From contig JBMNJG010000005.1 in assembly GCA_050951545.1 (NCBI GenBank), positions 64,001-128,000 on the forward strand: a stretch of 64,000 bases of DNA, written 5' to 3'. A program made the translations under genes and the position numbers. This document shows positions 37,988-50,482 of the stretch, one piece after another. Within the stretch, counting starts at the first letter, position 1, and each line of letters begins with the position of its first letter. The notes below the pieces were generated by a model that ran no database searches, was not told where the DNA came from, and saw only the letters and a program-made list of their open reading frames with translations. The stretch comes from Limnochordia bacterium (GTDB lineage: Bacteria; Bacillota; Limnochordia; DTU080).

Positions 37988-39397
37988 TCAATACCCTTCT
38001 CGACGCAGCACCCACCACACCCCTACCAGCTGCAAGACGGCCGTCAACATGCTGTCTGTGATCACCGCCCAGAGCACCCCAGTGATGCCCCACGCTGGCT
38101 GACCAGCCAGCAAGCAAACCATGAGCACGCGCGCTGCATTGCCTACCATACTACTGGACATCACCCAGGTGGTGCGGCCAAGTCCGTAGAGGACGTCGGC
38201 GCTGACTGCCCCCAAAAAAGTGAATGGAGCAACTATGCCCAGTGGCTTAATGAGACTGCCCACACTGGCATCGCCATAGAGCAAAGAACCGAGCCAGGCT
38301 GCCCGCCACCAGAGCAACGGGGCCACCACCGCGCTCACCCCCAACGTGCCCAGGTAGACCTTGCGCAAGAGCCTCTTGAGCTTGGCGATCGAACCGGCTT
38401 CATTCTGAGCAGCCAACCGCGTAATCTCAGGCAACATCGTCTGTGTGACGGGGAGTATGAGTACCATCGGCATGTACAACGTGGGTACCGCCATACCCGA
38501 CAGACGCCCGTAGGCGCGGGTCGCCTCCTCAATGGTCAAACCAGTCTTCTGCAGCAACCGCGGGATAAGAGCAACGGTAATGAGACTCATAGCATTGTTA
38601 AGCAAGCCAGTGAGCATCACTGGCACGCCGAGACCGAGTAGGGTCCGCACACGCAGTGGCGGACAAGCCATCGCTGGCCGATGTCTTCTCCCTCTGCCGT
38701 AACCTTCTACAGCTTTTCGCAGACCAGTCCGCAAGACGAAGAAGCAGCCAAGTTCACCAACCAAAAAGCCCGCAGCAACAGCTCCTGCCAAATAGGCAGG
38801 CCCGTAAGGCAGTGCCAATACCACAAGGCACAACGTGACAGGAATGCGCACTGCCACCTCGGCAATGTCACTGCCAGCCATGAAGTCCTGGCGTTGCAGG
38901 CCCTGTACCACGCCTCGCAGAGCAGAAGTAGCAGCAATCGGAATCAGCAGAATAGCCAGAATGACGATTGCCATCTCTGTACGCACGTCTGCCAGCACCA
39001 CAGCAGCAAAGAAACGGGAAAAGAGAGCTTGGACTGCAAAGGCAAGAAGAGAAGCTCTGAGCATAAGTGCGGCGGCCATGTGATAGACAGTGAGATCTGG
39101 CTTCCTCTGCAGCTCACTGCGCTCCGCTGTGAGCTTCGCTACAGCCACTGGTAACCCCATCGTGGCCACGCTGCGAGCAATGCGGTAGACAGGTAAAGCG
39201 AGCTGGATCAGCCCTACAGCATCCTGGCCGGCCGCTCGCACTAGAGCCACCCGGTATACCGTACCCATGATGCGACCAAAAAGCGAGCTGGTGAACAAAG
39301 CCAGCATCGACTTGACCATGGGTCGGTCTGTTAGAGCCTTAAGCTTGAACAAGAACACCCCTCCTACGCCACCATATCGGCGCAGAGGGGTTTTCAT
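37988..39397 (-). CDS. SpoVB/MurJ-like polysaccharide flippase (start uncertain)
   Basis: GRIMGTVYRV, GLPVAVAKL, LRGVVQG, AYGRLSGMA, LYGLG motifs of the MOP/SpoVB family. Confidence 0.8.
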   Translation of the reverse strand: MKTPLRRYGGVGGVFLFKLKALTDRPMVKSMLALFTSSLFGRIMGTVYRVALVRAAGQDAVGLIQLALPVYRIARSVATMGLPVAVAKLTAERSELQRKPDLTVYHMAAALMLRASLLAFAVQALFSRFFAAVVLADVRTEMAIVILAILLIPIAATSALRGVVQGLQRQDFMAGSDIAEVAVRIPVTLCLVVLALPYGPAYLAGAVAAGFLVGELGCFFVLRTGLRKAVEGYGRGRRHRPAMACPPLRVRTLLGLGVPVMLTGLLNNAMSLITVALIPRLLQKTGLTIEEATRAYGRLSGMAVPTLYMPMVLILPVTQTMLPEITRLAAQNEAGSIAKLKRLLRKVYLGTLGVSAVVAPLLWWRAAWLGSLLYGDASVGSLIKPLGIVAPFTFLGAVSADVLYGLGRTTWVMSSSMVGNAARVLMVCLLAGQPAWGITGVLWAVITDSMLTAVLQLVGVWWVLRREGY

Positions 39398-39416
39398 ACC
39401 GGCAACTGCAAAGCAA

Positions 39417-39887
39417 TCACATGTTCATCTCGAGCAATCGCAGATGCATCGCTTGCCGAGAAACACCAAAATAGGCTGCCAGCCGCAGAAAGCTCATGGT
39501 AGAAGCTAGATGCTGCACCTCGCGAGCCGGCATAAGCAACTCAGCGGCAAAACGATTGGCCTCTCGCTCGAATGGGTCTCTGTCTGAGGGAGAAAAGGCA
39601 TGCACCCGTCTCATGTAACGGTGCATCGCGTAATGCCCCAGTTCGTGAGCGCAAGTCCAGTTGCGGCGACAGATGCTGTCGCGCATGTTGAGAAGGATCG
39701 CATGCGTGTAGGGACCGCAGCGAACCAGGTACCCGGGCCGATGCGCTGGTAGAGGCCCGCATTCCACTTTGAGGCCCGCCCGACGGGCTAGCTCTACGGG
39801 ATCCAACGGGGTAGAGCCTCCATACCGACGACGCATCCAATGAGCGGTCACAACAGGATTCGGGCGAGATACATAGCCACAGTGCAT
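39417..39887 (-). CDS. ImmA/IrrE family zinc metallopeptidase
   Basis: RRNWTCAHELGH, EREANRFAAELLMP, C-terminal LAAYFGVS; GGAGG RBS before ATG 39887. Confidence 0.9.
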   Translation of the reverse strand: MHCGYVSRPNPVVTAHWMRRRYGGSTPLDPVELARRAGLKVECGPLPAHRPGYLVRCGPYTHAILLNMRDSICRRNWTCAHELGHYAMHRYMRRVHAFSPSDRDPFEREANRFAAELLMPAREVQHLASTMSFLRLAAYFGVSRQAMHLRLLEMNM

Positions 39888-39954
39888 CAAATCGCCTCCG
39901 TAACCCTCACGCAAGCGACTTCTTCGGGTGACACGGAGATTCCTGCCAGCCATA

Positions 39955-39968
39955 CGAATGTTTGTTCT
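39955..39968 (-). promoter_or_regulatory. LexA (Cheo/SOS) box-like site
   Basis: AGAACAAACATTCG, one mismatch to the Firmicutes GAAC-N4-GTTC core; next to a SigH-like promoter at ~39919-39946. Confidence 0.55.
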
Positions 39969-40325
39969 TCAGCGTCTTTCCTCTCTTATCCGCCGTTTGT
40001 ACGCCAGATACTCCTTCACAAAGACCACATCCTCGTCAGTAGCACCGACACCCCGAAGCCACACACCAAGCTTCTCAAGCTGTTCTTCGGGCGACTGGCT
40101 ACGACCAGGCAGCGACGGTGACGGGTCGTCCGTTTCCCCGAGCAGCCAATCCGCGCTTACCTTGTAGCAGCGGGCAAGTGCAGACAGAGTGGCACTATCC
40201 GGATCGCGCTGATCGCGTTCATACATGTTCAGCGCGCTGCGTGATACCCCCACTTCTCTAGCAGCCTGTGCTTGCGTCAGTCTTCGTAGTTCCCTGACCT
40301 GCCGCAGCCTCTCTCCCAAGGACAA
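39969..40325 (-). CDS. XRE family repressor (ImmR-like)
   Basis: LGERLRQVRELRRLTQAQAAREVGVSRSALNMYE...VSADWLLG. Confidence 0.92.
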   Translation of the reverse strand: MSLGERLRQVRELRRLTQAQAAREVGVSRSALNMYERDQRDPDSATLSALARCYKVSADWLLGETDDPSPSLPGRSQSPEEQLEKLGVWLRGVGATDEDVVFVKEYLAYKRRIREERR

Positions 40326-40401
40326 GCGTGGCCCACCTCCATCATCCTGCCACGCACGTATTGCACATAGCCGGGCCGCGTCCTACGCCCCGAGGCGAAA
40401 T

Positions 40402-40443
40402 GTGCCAATATAGCTTGACCTTTGGCACTCCGCGTGCCAAACT
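40402..40443. promoter_or_regulatory. Palindromic operator overlapping a sigma-A-like promoter
   Basis: TTTGGCAC-N5-GTGCCAAA (40421-40441) within TTGACC-N17-CAAACT; a third half-site GTGCCAA at 40402. Confidence 0.6.
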
Positions 40444-40473
40444 GAGGTTAGCCATGGGAAAGGACCCTGTTTC

Positions 40474-41091
40474 ATGACCCGTCCATCTGGCAAGCATGCC
40501 TCCCTCGCCAAGACGCTTGGCGATCGTCTGCGCCAAGCTCGGATAGCCGCGGGCCTCACACAGAGCCAGCTGGCTGGCAGCGAATTGAGCCGCAGTTTCA
40601 TCAGCCAGATCGAAAGCGGCACTGCCCTCCCTTCCCTTCAGTCGCTGCGCATTATCGCCGCGAGATTGCAGCTCCGACCAGCGTGGTTTGTTGGATCAGA
40701 AGCATCGCAAGAACAGCCACTCCCCGTTTCTGCAGGAGCAAGGCTCAAACAGGCACGACTCCAATGTGGCCTGAGTCAGCACAGCCTGGCCCATCCCGGC
40801 TACACGCGAGGCTATGTAAGTCAGATTGAGTTGGAGGAATCAGACCCTTCGTTGGAGGTCCTCGCCGTCTTTGCAGAACGTCTCGACAAATCTGTCGCCT
40901 GGTTTCTCGAAGGCCTACTGCCGTTAGAGATCGAGCCAGCCTCACCTCCACCCCCAAAGGTGCCACGGCCCCACAGATACCGCCGTTCCCTTAACGATGC
41001 GGAAAAGGAGCTGCTGGAGATGTATCGCGAGATGGAAGAGCATCGCAAAACGCAGCTCCTGCAGCTGGCAAGGAGTTTGTCTAGAGAGTAA
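40474..41091 (+). CDS. Tandem double-HTH XRE family regulator
   Basis: Two HTH_3 units (LTQSQLAG.ELSRSFISQIE.G...PS and LSQHSLA..GYTRGYVSQIE....PS) plus a C-terminal EKELLEMYR helix. Confidence 0.85.
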   Translation: MTRPSGKHASLAKTLGDRLRQARIAAGLTQSQLAGSELSRSFISQIESGTALPSLQSLRIIAARLQLRPAWFVGSEASQEQPLPVSAGARLKQARLQCGLSQHSLAHPGYTRGYVSQIELEESDPSLEVLAVFAERLDKSVAWFLEGLLPLEIEPASPPPPKVPRPHRYRRSLNDAEKELLEMYREMEEHRKTQLLQLARSLSRE

Positions 41092-41104
41092 CCCGCGGAG
41101 AAAG

Positions 41105-41134
41105 CATGGGGCGGGACTGTCGCCCCACCCCATG
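41105..41134. terminator. Hairpin between convergent genes
   Basis: CATGGGGCGGG...CCCACCCCATG imperfect inverted repeat. Confidence 0.5.
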
Positions 41135-41198
41135 TGCCATAACATGATCAACAGCCGACCTGAGCAAGCCCATCGGACCCGCCAGATCACACGTTAGT

Positions 41199-42467
41199 CT
41201 ACTGTCTCAACAGCTCGGCTGTAGCTTGCAGGGCCGCTTGCTCAAGCCCAGCAGACGGGCTCACAGCACCGCTGAAAATGGAGTTGATGTGCTGCGCGGC
41301 GATGGGAACTGCCGACGCATTCCCGACAAAGGGCCAAAGTGCTCCGACCTCTGCCATGTGTCCAAACACATCCATGTAGGGTCTCTCTCGGACCACACGT
41401 CGCCAGGCCTCGGAGCTGTAGACCGAGCGCAGAGGTACGAGGCGGGTAAGGATATTCACCATCTGCGCCCGCGTCTCAGCACACGTGTAGTACTTCACGT
41501 ACTTCCACGCCAACTCTGGGTTCTTCGTGGAGTTAAGTACGGCCACCATGTTGCTCCAGGTCACTGTCGATCTGTCTTTTCCCATAGGACCGGGTGGCAT
41601 GGAGGTAAAGCGGAAGTTCATTTCGGGTCGAGAGCGTTTGAGTGAAGGGCCCGCGAAATTCCCGTAGTTAGAGGCCATGGCCGAGGTACCTTCAGGGATT
41701 GCCCCTCCTACCACACCTAGGCCGTCACGCAGTTCTAGAAGAAACTCGACTGCTCCTCGCGCCTGCGGCGTGTTGAGCGTGATCTCGCGCAGGTCGGAGC
41801 TATATAATGACCCCCCATTGGCCGATACCCAGTACGAAATGGCTTGCCCGCCGTTCATGCTCCCAGAGAAGCCGTAGCGGGTTACTCGATCGCCATCACG
41901 CAGTGTGAGCTTCTTCACAGCCTCTCGCAGAGCGTCCCAATTACGGATAGCGAAGGGCTCCGGGTCAAGGCCTGCGTACAGGAAAGCGTCAATATCATAC
42001 ACGAGACCCGCGCTCTGGATATCGTGTGGCATGGCATAGATCACATTGTCTTTGGTAGCATACATCTGTGATACTGGAAACAGATCTCGCCAAATCGCCT
42101 GGCCGTCCCTCTCCACATACTTGTTAAGTGGCATCAGGATACCCAAGTCATGCAGCTCACGCACAAAGGCTACCGATACCTGCGTCACATCAGGGGCAAT
42201 CCCTCCGGCATAGGAGACCACGAGCTTCTGCCGAGCATCCGCTGTACCCGAATACCACATATACTCAATCTCGACATCAGGGTTGCGCTTCTCGAAGTCC
42301 TCTTTGATGAACGCCCACCAGTGAGCCATGTCACTCGTGGTAGGATCTGCACTCTGTGGGTTCCACCAGTCAGCGACCGTAAGGACAGTCTTGGCTGCCG
42401 AAGCCATGCCAGAAAGGGCCAGTAGCAACATCACCATGACCACGGAAACACGTCCCAACCGATACAT
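41199..42467 (-). CDS. Sugar ABC solute-binding protein
   Basis: Signal peptide ending ASA-AK, FEKRNPDV, GGIAPDV, PELAWKYVKY. Confidence 0.88.
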   Translation of the reverse strand: MYRLGRVSVVMVMLLLALSGMASAAKTVLTVADWWNPQSADPTTSDMAHWWAFIKEDFEKRNPDVEIEYMWYSGTADARQKLVVSYAGGIAPDVTQVSVAFVRELHDLGILMPLNKYVERDGQAIWRDLFPVSQMYATKDNVIYAMPHDIQSAGLVYDIDAFLYAGLDPEPFAIRNWDALREAVKKLTLRDGDRVTRYGFSGSMNGGQAISYWVSANGGSLYSSDLREITLNTPQARGAVEFLLELRDGLGVVGGAIPEGTSAMASNYGNFAGPSLKRSRPEMNFRFTSMPPGPMGKDRSTVTWSNMVAVLNSTKNPELAWKYVKYYTCAETRAQMVNILTRLVPLRSVYSSEAWRRVVRERPYMDVFGHMAEVGALWPFVGNASAVPIAAQHINSIFSGAVSPSAGLEQAALQATAELLRQ

Positions 42468-42600
42468 CCACATCACCTCTCTAGTGTCTTGTCTATAATC
42501 AACTGATGCTCTGGTTATCAATTCGCAGTTTATCTTCTTCGTCAAGTGTAGCCAAATCCTACAAGGGCTGGCAAGGATACACTGGCCATTGGCCTATGCC

Positions 42601-45033
42601 TCACGTGGCGATGTACTTCAGCTCACCAGCCTGAAGATCGATGGCGACGTGGCGCTCACCTATCTGGAGCGTACCTTCGGCTGCGTGGCTATGCATTTCG
42701 TTCAACAGAAGCCTCACCCTAGCGTTGTCCCACTCCGCTGACTGCACGTACACCGATTGGGCATTCACCTGAAGAAAGGATGCCTCTGCGGGCAAGCCGT
42801 CTGCGCTGCTCGCGCCGAACGCTGATTTATCCGTCGCCAACTGACGTCTTCTCACAGGCGTGTTCACTGCGAGAGCTCTGCGCGCCACTGGCTGCTGCTT
42901 CCATGCGCCACGAAAGGGGAAAATACAAAATTCATGCTGATAGGTGCCGAAAAACAGTTCCTCGTCCCACGTATTGAAGTGGGTGATTCTACCCTCGCCT
43001 GCGTTGACGGTCATGGTGTCGGGATCCTTGGCGGGACCGCCCACGGTAGAAGCGCCCAGACCAAGCCTGAGTTCCCCCTTGGCCGGATCAAACCAGAAGG
43101 ACTGCGCCCCCGTGGAAGAGACGGCAACCATGCCCCCCTCGCTGACCTGTATACCGGCAAACTGCAGAGCCACCAGATATCCGGCCTCACGATTGGCATG
43201 CTCCACTACCGCGTATCCGGCGTCATAGAACACCTGGCCAGGCTGTGTTCTCAGGCTGACTGCGAGCCCGTCCGGGCGAAAGTAGTCTTTGGTACCTAGC
43301 AGGAATGGTCGGCTGCAGTCAAACGTCCATTTACACCGCACCATATCGTCTTCGAGAGTATAGCGTTGCACCAAATGCATACCGAACGTCAGCTCATAGT
43401 GGAGCATCAGTTCCGGACACATCCCATCGCGAACAAACACCTGTGGCTCTCCCGGATCACCAAGCTCCCTTGCCACCTGACCCTCAGCCTGAGACAACTC
43501 TCGGACGATCTTGGGCAAGCGGTAGCTAATGGAACAGCTTTGGCCAACCAGCTGGAGCTGCACCTGTCCATCCGCATACTCCAATGAGCAGTGAGCTCCA
43601 CTCACTTTGGTCCCCACATGCCACGCTCTGCTCTCCGGCGCACGTTCATCAGTCAGATAGACAACAGTATAGCCATAGGATGGTAGCGACACCCGAGCCC
43701 GCACTAAGCACCCCTGGCTTTCCCATACAGTTTCCGCTAGCAGCGGCTGACCAGTACTATCTAGCACACTACGGGGGCTTTCCACCTCAAACACGCACCA
43801 AGCATCTCGAGCCGGGGCACCGTTGAACAGAAGAACAGGAATCCCTGACGGTTGGAGCGGGATCCTCTGACCGATGTAGCTAAGAGCATTCTGTAAGCAG
43901 CGCCTGCTCCACTGACTGCTTTGACGAAGCGCATGTGTATGTTCTAGGCGACGCTCATGCAATGGATACCAACCGCGGGCATCGCTGTTGGTCCCCCATG
44001 ACAAAAGGAAGCTAGCCATGTCGAGCTGGCTCACCGCTCCCCTGTCGTCAGCTAAGTGCTGCTCAATGACGCTGGCGAATTCGGAGGGTTGCTCAATATC
44101 CGAAGTGCCAATATCGGGCACCAGTTCGTGCAAGGAAGCAGCCGTATTGGCATCGTATCCCCAATGGTGGCGCACCAAGCCCGCCAGAATCCTAGCGTCA
44201 CGCAAGTCGTTCATCGCTTGCATGCTGGCAGCATGGACACGGATGTCTTGAGGGTCACTGCACCAACGACTAAAATGCGGCGCTTCCACGGGTTCGGGGA
44301 AACGGCAGGTCTCCATGAACACTTCCTTGGTTGGGGGGAATCTTCGCAAGTAGTCCGATACAAGGGTGATCTCCAAGCGCACATCTTCCTGGGCTAAGGC
44401 GTGGGCCATCTCCAAGGCAGGTGCCAGCCGCTGATACATCTCGAAATCACCCACATACAGAAACAGGCTGTTGTCGGGGACCTCGCCGATCGACTGAGCA
44501 AGCGTCCGCCATGGTATGCGAGCGATGGGAATCCCATACACCCGACTGCCGTCGAAACCGCGCAACACAAAGGGTTGCGTAGTCTCAGGTGGTGACGGAA
44601 CCGACACCCATCTGACGCCAAGTTGCTTCATCGCCCAGGGCAATTGTGGCGTATATGACTGTTCCTGCGCGAAGAGGCCGTCAATGGGGCCACACGTCTC
44701 TGCGACGATCTGGGTACCGAGCCGCAGAGCATCCATATGGGAATTACCGTCCATACAAGCGTTGACGGATGCAGCAAAGTAGCTGGCACAAAAGGTAATC
44801 TGCCCTCTGTCAGCCAGCCGTCGTAGTTGAGCGATAGTATCGGGGGCCCAAAGACGCAATGTCTCCACAGAGAGTCCGGATAGTTCCACATGCCCCTTCA
44901 ATTCTGGGTACTGCATGAACTCGTCGATCATCACCTGATAAGCCAGAGGAAATTGCCTCCGAATGGTGTGTTTGGTGTAGCGGTCATAGCTCATGTTGCC
45001 GTGAAACACCCAAGCCAGATAAACTGTCTTCAT
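42601..45033 (-). CDS. GH57-like glycoside hydrolase with GH38-like C-terminal domains
   Basis: FHGNMSY, GLFAQEQSY and YVGDFE resemble GH57 conserved regions; C-terminal LLFN, LPSYGY, GTYQHEFCIFP resemble GH38 beta-sandwiches. Confidence 0.6.
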   Translation of the reverse strand: MKTVYLAWVFHGNMSYDRYTKHTIRRQFPLAYQVMIDEFMQYPELKGHVELSGLSVETLRLWAPDTIAQLRRLADRGQITFCASYFAASVNACMDGNSHMDALRLGTQIVAETCGPIDGLFAQEQSYTPQLPWAMKQLGVRWVSVPSPPETTQPFVLRGFDGSRVYGIPIARIPWRTLAQSIGEVPDNSLFLYVGDFEMYQRLAPALEMAHALAQEDVRLEITLVSDYLRRFPPTKEVFMETCRFPEPVEAPHFSRWCSDPQDIRVHAASMQAMNDLRDARILAGLVRHHWGYDANTAASLHELVPDIGTSDIEQPSEFASVIEQHLADDRGAVSQLDMASFLLSWGTNSDARGWYPLHERRLEHTHALRQSSQWSRRCLQNALSYIGQRIPLQPSGIPVLLFNGAPARDAWCVFEVESPRSVLDSTGQPLLAETVWESQGCLVRARVSLPSYGYTVVYLTDERAPESRAWHVGTKVSGAHCSLEYADGQVQLQLVGQSCSISYRLPKIVRELSQAEGQVARELGDPGEPQVFVRDGMCPELMLHYELTFGMHLVQRYTLEDDMVRCKWTFDCSRPFLLGTKDYFRPDGLAVSLRTQPGQVFYDAGYAVVEHANREAGYLVALQFAGIQVSEGGMVAVSSTGAQSFWFDPAKGELRLGLGASTVGGPAKDPDTMTVNAGEGRITHFNTWDEELFFGTYQHEFCIFPFRGAWKQQPVARRALAVNTPVRRRQLATDKSAFGASSADGLPAEASFLQVNAQSVYVQSAEWDNARVRLLLNEMHSHAAEGTLQIGERHVAIDLQAGELKYIAT

Positions 45034-45096
45034 AGCGGCATTCCACCCCTTTGCTCTAGCATTACGGCTTCCTGCGCAGGTCCTTCCTCGCCAGAA

Positions 45097-48273
<3,177 letters not shown>

Positions 48274-49605
48274 CTAGATAGTAAGGCTCTTGAACTGCGG
48301 CAGATAGTCAGCGTTCTTGTTGAGCATCTTCTGAACCAGATCTTTGATCTCTGCCAGGGACAGAACCGCAGCGGTGAGCGGATCGTAGCAGCAAGCCTGA
48401 TAGACCAACCGTGGATCGCCAGTCAGTGCTGCTTCCACGGCCATCTCCTCGACCGCCACACTGATGTTATTGAGGGCTGCTAACTGCGGCGGCAGCTCGC
48501 CCACATGAATGGCATTGAGGCCGCGGCGATTGACCACCACGGGCACCTCTACACATGCGTTTTCGGGCAGGTTTGTGATCAGCTGCGTGTTAGGCACGTT
48601 ACCGTTGAACTCATAGGGTTCTCCACCCATATAGGCATTGATGATATGGGCAGCATACTCATTGCCACGCTTCAGGTTGAGAGGTTCTTTTCTGGCAAAC
48701 CAGGCCTCGACGTCCTTCTTCCACTCTGCCTCTCGGCGGAGATAGTGGTCGAGGATGTAGGCGTAGACGCCCGGATTCCAGCCCGTACCATGGGTGCAAT
48801 ACTTCTCAATGAGGTCTGGACGCTTGCGGAACCACCAGTTGTACTCGGAGTTGTGGCCGCTCGATTCAGTCACGTAATAATCCAATGCCAGGAAAAGCTC
48901 GTTGCGCACAATCTCTTGCTGATAGATCTCAGGCTTGGCGACAGCTTGGCGGATCAATGGATAAGCGTCCTCGCCCTTCCAGAGATACTCGAGATACCAA
49001 GCCTGGTGGTTGATGCCAGCGCATACGTAGTCGATCTCGTCGGCCGGGGCGCCGATCCATCTGGCCAGCATGGCAGCTGTTCCTTGGACACTATGGCATA
49101 GTCCAGTGACCATGGCCTTCGATTCCCTATGCATCGCCCTACACAGCATGGCCATGGGGTTCGTGTAGTTCAGCACGATGGCCTTCGGGCAAAGACGCTC
49201 TACGTCATGAGCGATGGCTAGCATCTCCGGAATGGTACGCAGTGCCCGAAATATCCCCGACACGCTTCTGGTATCGCCAACGTTGGTATCTACTCCATAC
49301 TCTTTGGGGATCTCGATGTCGTATCGCCAGATGTTCACGCCGCCCGAGAGAATGGTGATAACCACAGCGTCAGCACCGTCTAGCGCTTCTGCTCTGTCCA
49401 TGGTTGCCTTGACCTTGGCCGGATACTTGCCCTCAGCCACGATACGCTCTGAGGCCCGACGGGCGAAATCTAGACGCTCTTCGTTTATGTCCATCAGTGC
49501 GATCTCAGCATCAGCAAGCCTGGGGAATGTCAGAATGTCACGCACCAAGTTGCGCGTAAACCCCAGACTTCCAGCTCCAATAAACGCTATCTTCGCCACC
49601 TGCAT
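48274..49605 (-). CDS. melA: Alpha-galactosidase (GH4)
   Basis: [51 protein letters not shown]. Confidence 0.93.
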   Translation of the reverse strand: MQVAKIAFIGAGSLGFTRNLVRDILTFPRLADAEIALMDINEERLDFARRASERIVAEGKYPAKVKATMDRAEALDGADAVVITILSGGVNIWRYDIEIPKEYGVDTNVGDTRSVSGIFRALRTIPEMLAIAHDVERLCPKAIVLNYTNPMAMLCRAMHRESKAMVTGLCHSVQGTAAMLARWIGAPADEIDYVCAGINHQAWYLEYLWKGEDAYPLIRQAVAKPEIYQQEIVRNELFLALDYYVTESSGHNSEYNWWFRKRPDLIEKYCTHGTGWNPGVYAYILDHYLRREAEWKKDVEAWFARKEPLNLKRGNEYAAHIINAYMGGEPYEFNGNVPNTQLITNLPENACVEVPVVVNRRGLNAIHVGELPPQLAALNNISVAVEEMAVEAALTGDPRLVYQACCYDPLTAAVLSLAEIKDLVQKMLNKNADYLPQFKSLTI

Positions 49606-49637
49606 ACTCCCCTTTCGTCAATGTGCACAGTCTTTTT

Positions 49638-50348
49638 CTACTCCGCTGTGGCCTTTCCTCTGTTGAGCACACCTCGATAGACATCCAAGGCCTCTGCCCC
49701 GTCTGAGGTTATCTGGTAGACGCCACGCTCTACACGGTCGAACCACCCATAGTGATTCCTCGCCACGATGGAAGGTACCTTCGAACTCGGAATCGCCTCC
49801 CTCAGATCACGGAGTCTTGTCGGTCCGTGTGTACGTAGGAAGGAAGCGACATGAAGAGCCAATTCCCGATAGGCCGTTACCACGGGCTGGCTCCCGGGCG
49901 AGCCCCCCTCGTTGTAATCACCAGTACGCTGCCAAAATTCCTCGGACAGTAGCTTGCGACGACGCTTGTTTAGCCTTGGTGAGCTTGCGCCGGGTTCACG
50001 AACCACCTCGACGTCCAGCGCATCGCCATCAATCTCAGAAAAGTGGACCGCCAACAGCCCTAAGCCCAGGCGAGTACATAGCCTCTGAATATCCCTCCAC
50101 TGAGAACACCTGTACGGACTCGAGGGCGCCTCCACTCCCAGATACACATAGGGGGTGATGGTCTGCCGGTCAATGCCCTGGAAAACTAGAGCGAGGTTGA
50201 AGACAGGCTTCAGTTCGACCACGACGGTCACATCATCGCGAATCGCGACAACGTCGCACTCTTTCACCTCACCACGGACACGGAAGCCACGACTGGTCAG
50301 AAACTGCTTGACCGGACCGTACAGATCGCTTTCTCGCCTGATCGACAT
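49638..50348 (-). CDS. DUF2161 family putative PD-(D/E)XK protein
   Basis: ESDLY.PVK.FL...GEVKECDVVA, VELK, QGIDRQ, TAYR, NHYGWFDRVERGVY. Confidence 0.82.
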   Translation of the reverse strand: MSIRRESDLYGPVKQFLTSRGFRVRGEVKECDVVAIRDDVTVVVELKPVFNLALVFQGIDRQTITPYVYLGVEAPSSPYRCSQWRDIQRLCTRLGLGLLAVHFSEIDGDALDVEVVREPGASSPRLNKRRRKLLSEEFWQRTGDYNEGGSPGSQPVVTAYRELALHVASFLRTHGPTRLRDLREAIPSSKVPSIVARNHYGWFDRVERGVYQITSDGAEALDVYRGVLNRGKATAE

Positions 50349-50482
50349 CACCAAACCTCGTTTCCTCAGTTTCCCGTTTCCTGTTGCTTCTTTTTCTGAC
50401 GCGCCAGAACTAACGCGGATCAGGTTAATGTCTCTGCTTCTCACCGACACTATAGGCAGATCACAATCGGGAGGGTTATGCA

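Noticed and set aside
40422-40437. Sigma-54 promoter (TGGCAC-N5-GTGC)
   Set aside because: The match arises from a perfect palindrome, which is better explained as an XRE operator; the -12 element is imperfect and no activator gene is nearby.
39417-41091. Prophage or ICE immunity region
   Set aside because: No integrase, excisionase, att-like repeats or phage genes; the flanks are housekeeping or catabolic genes.
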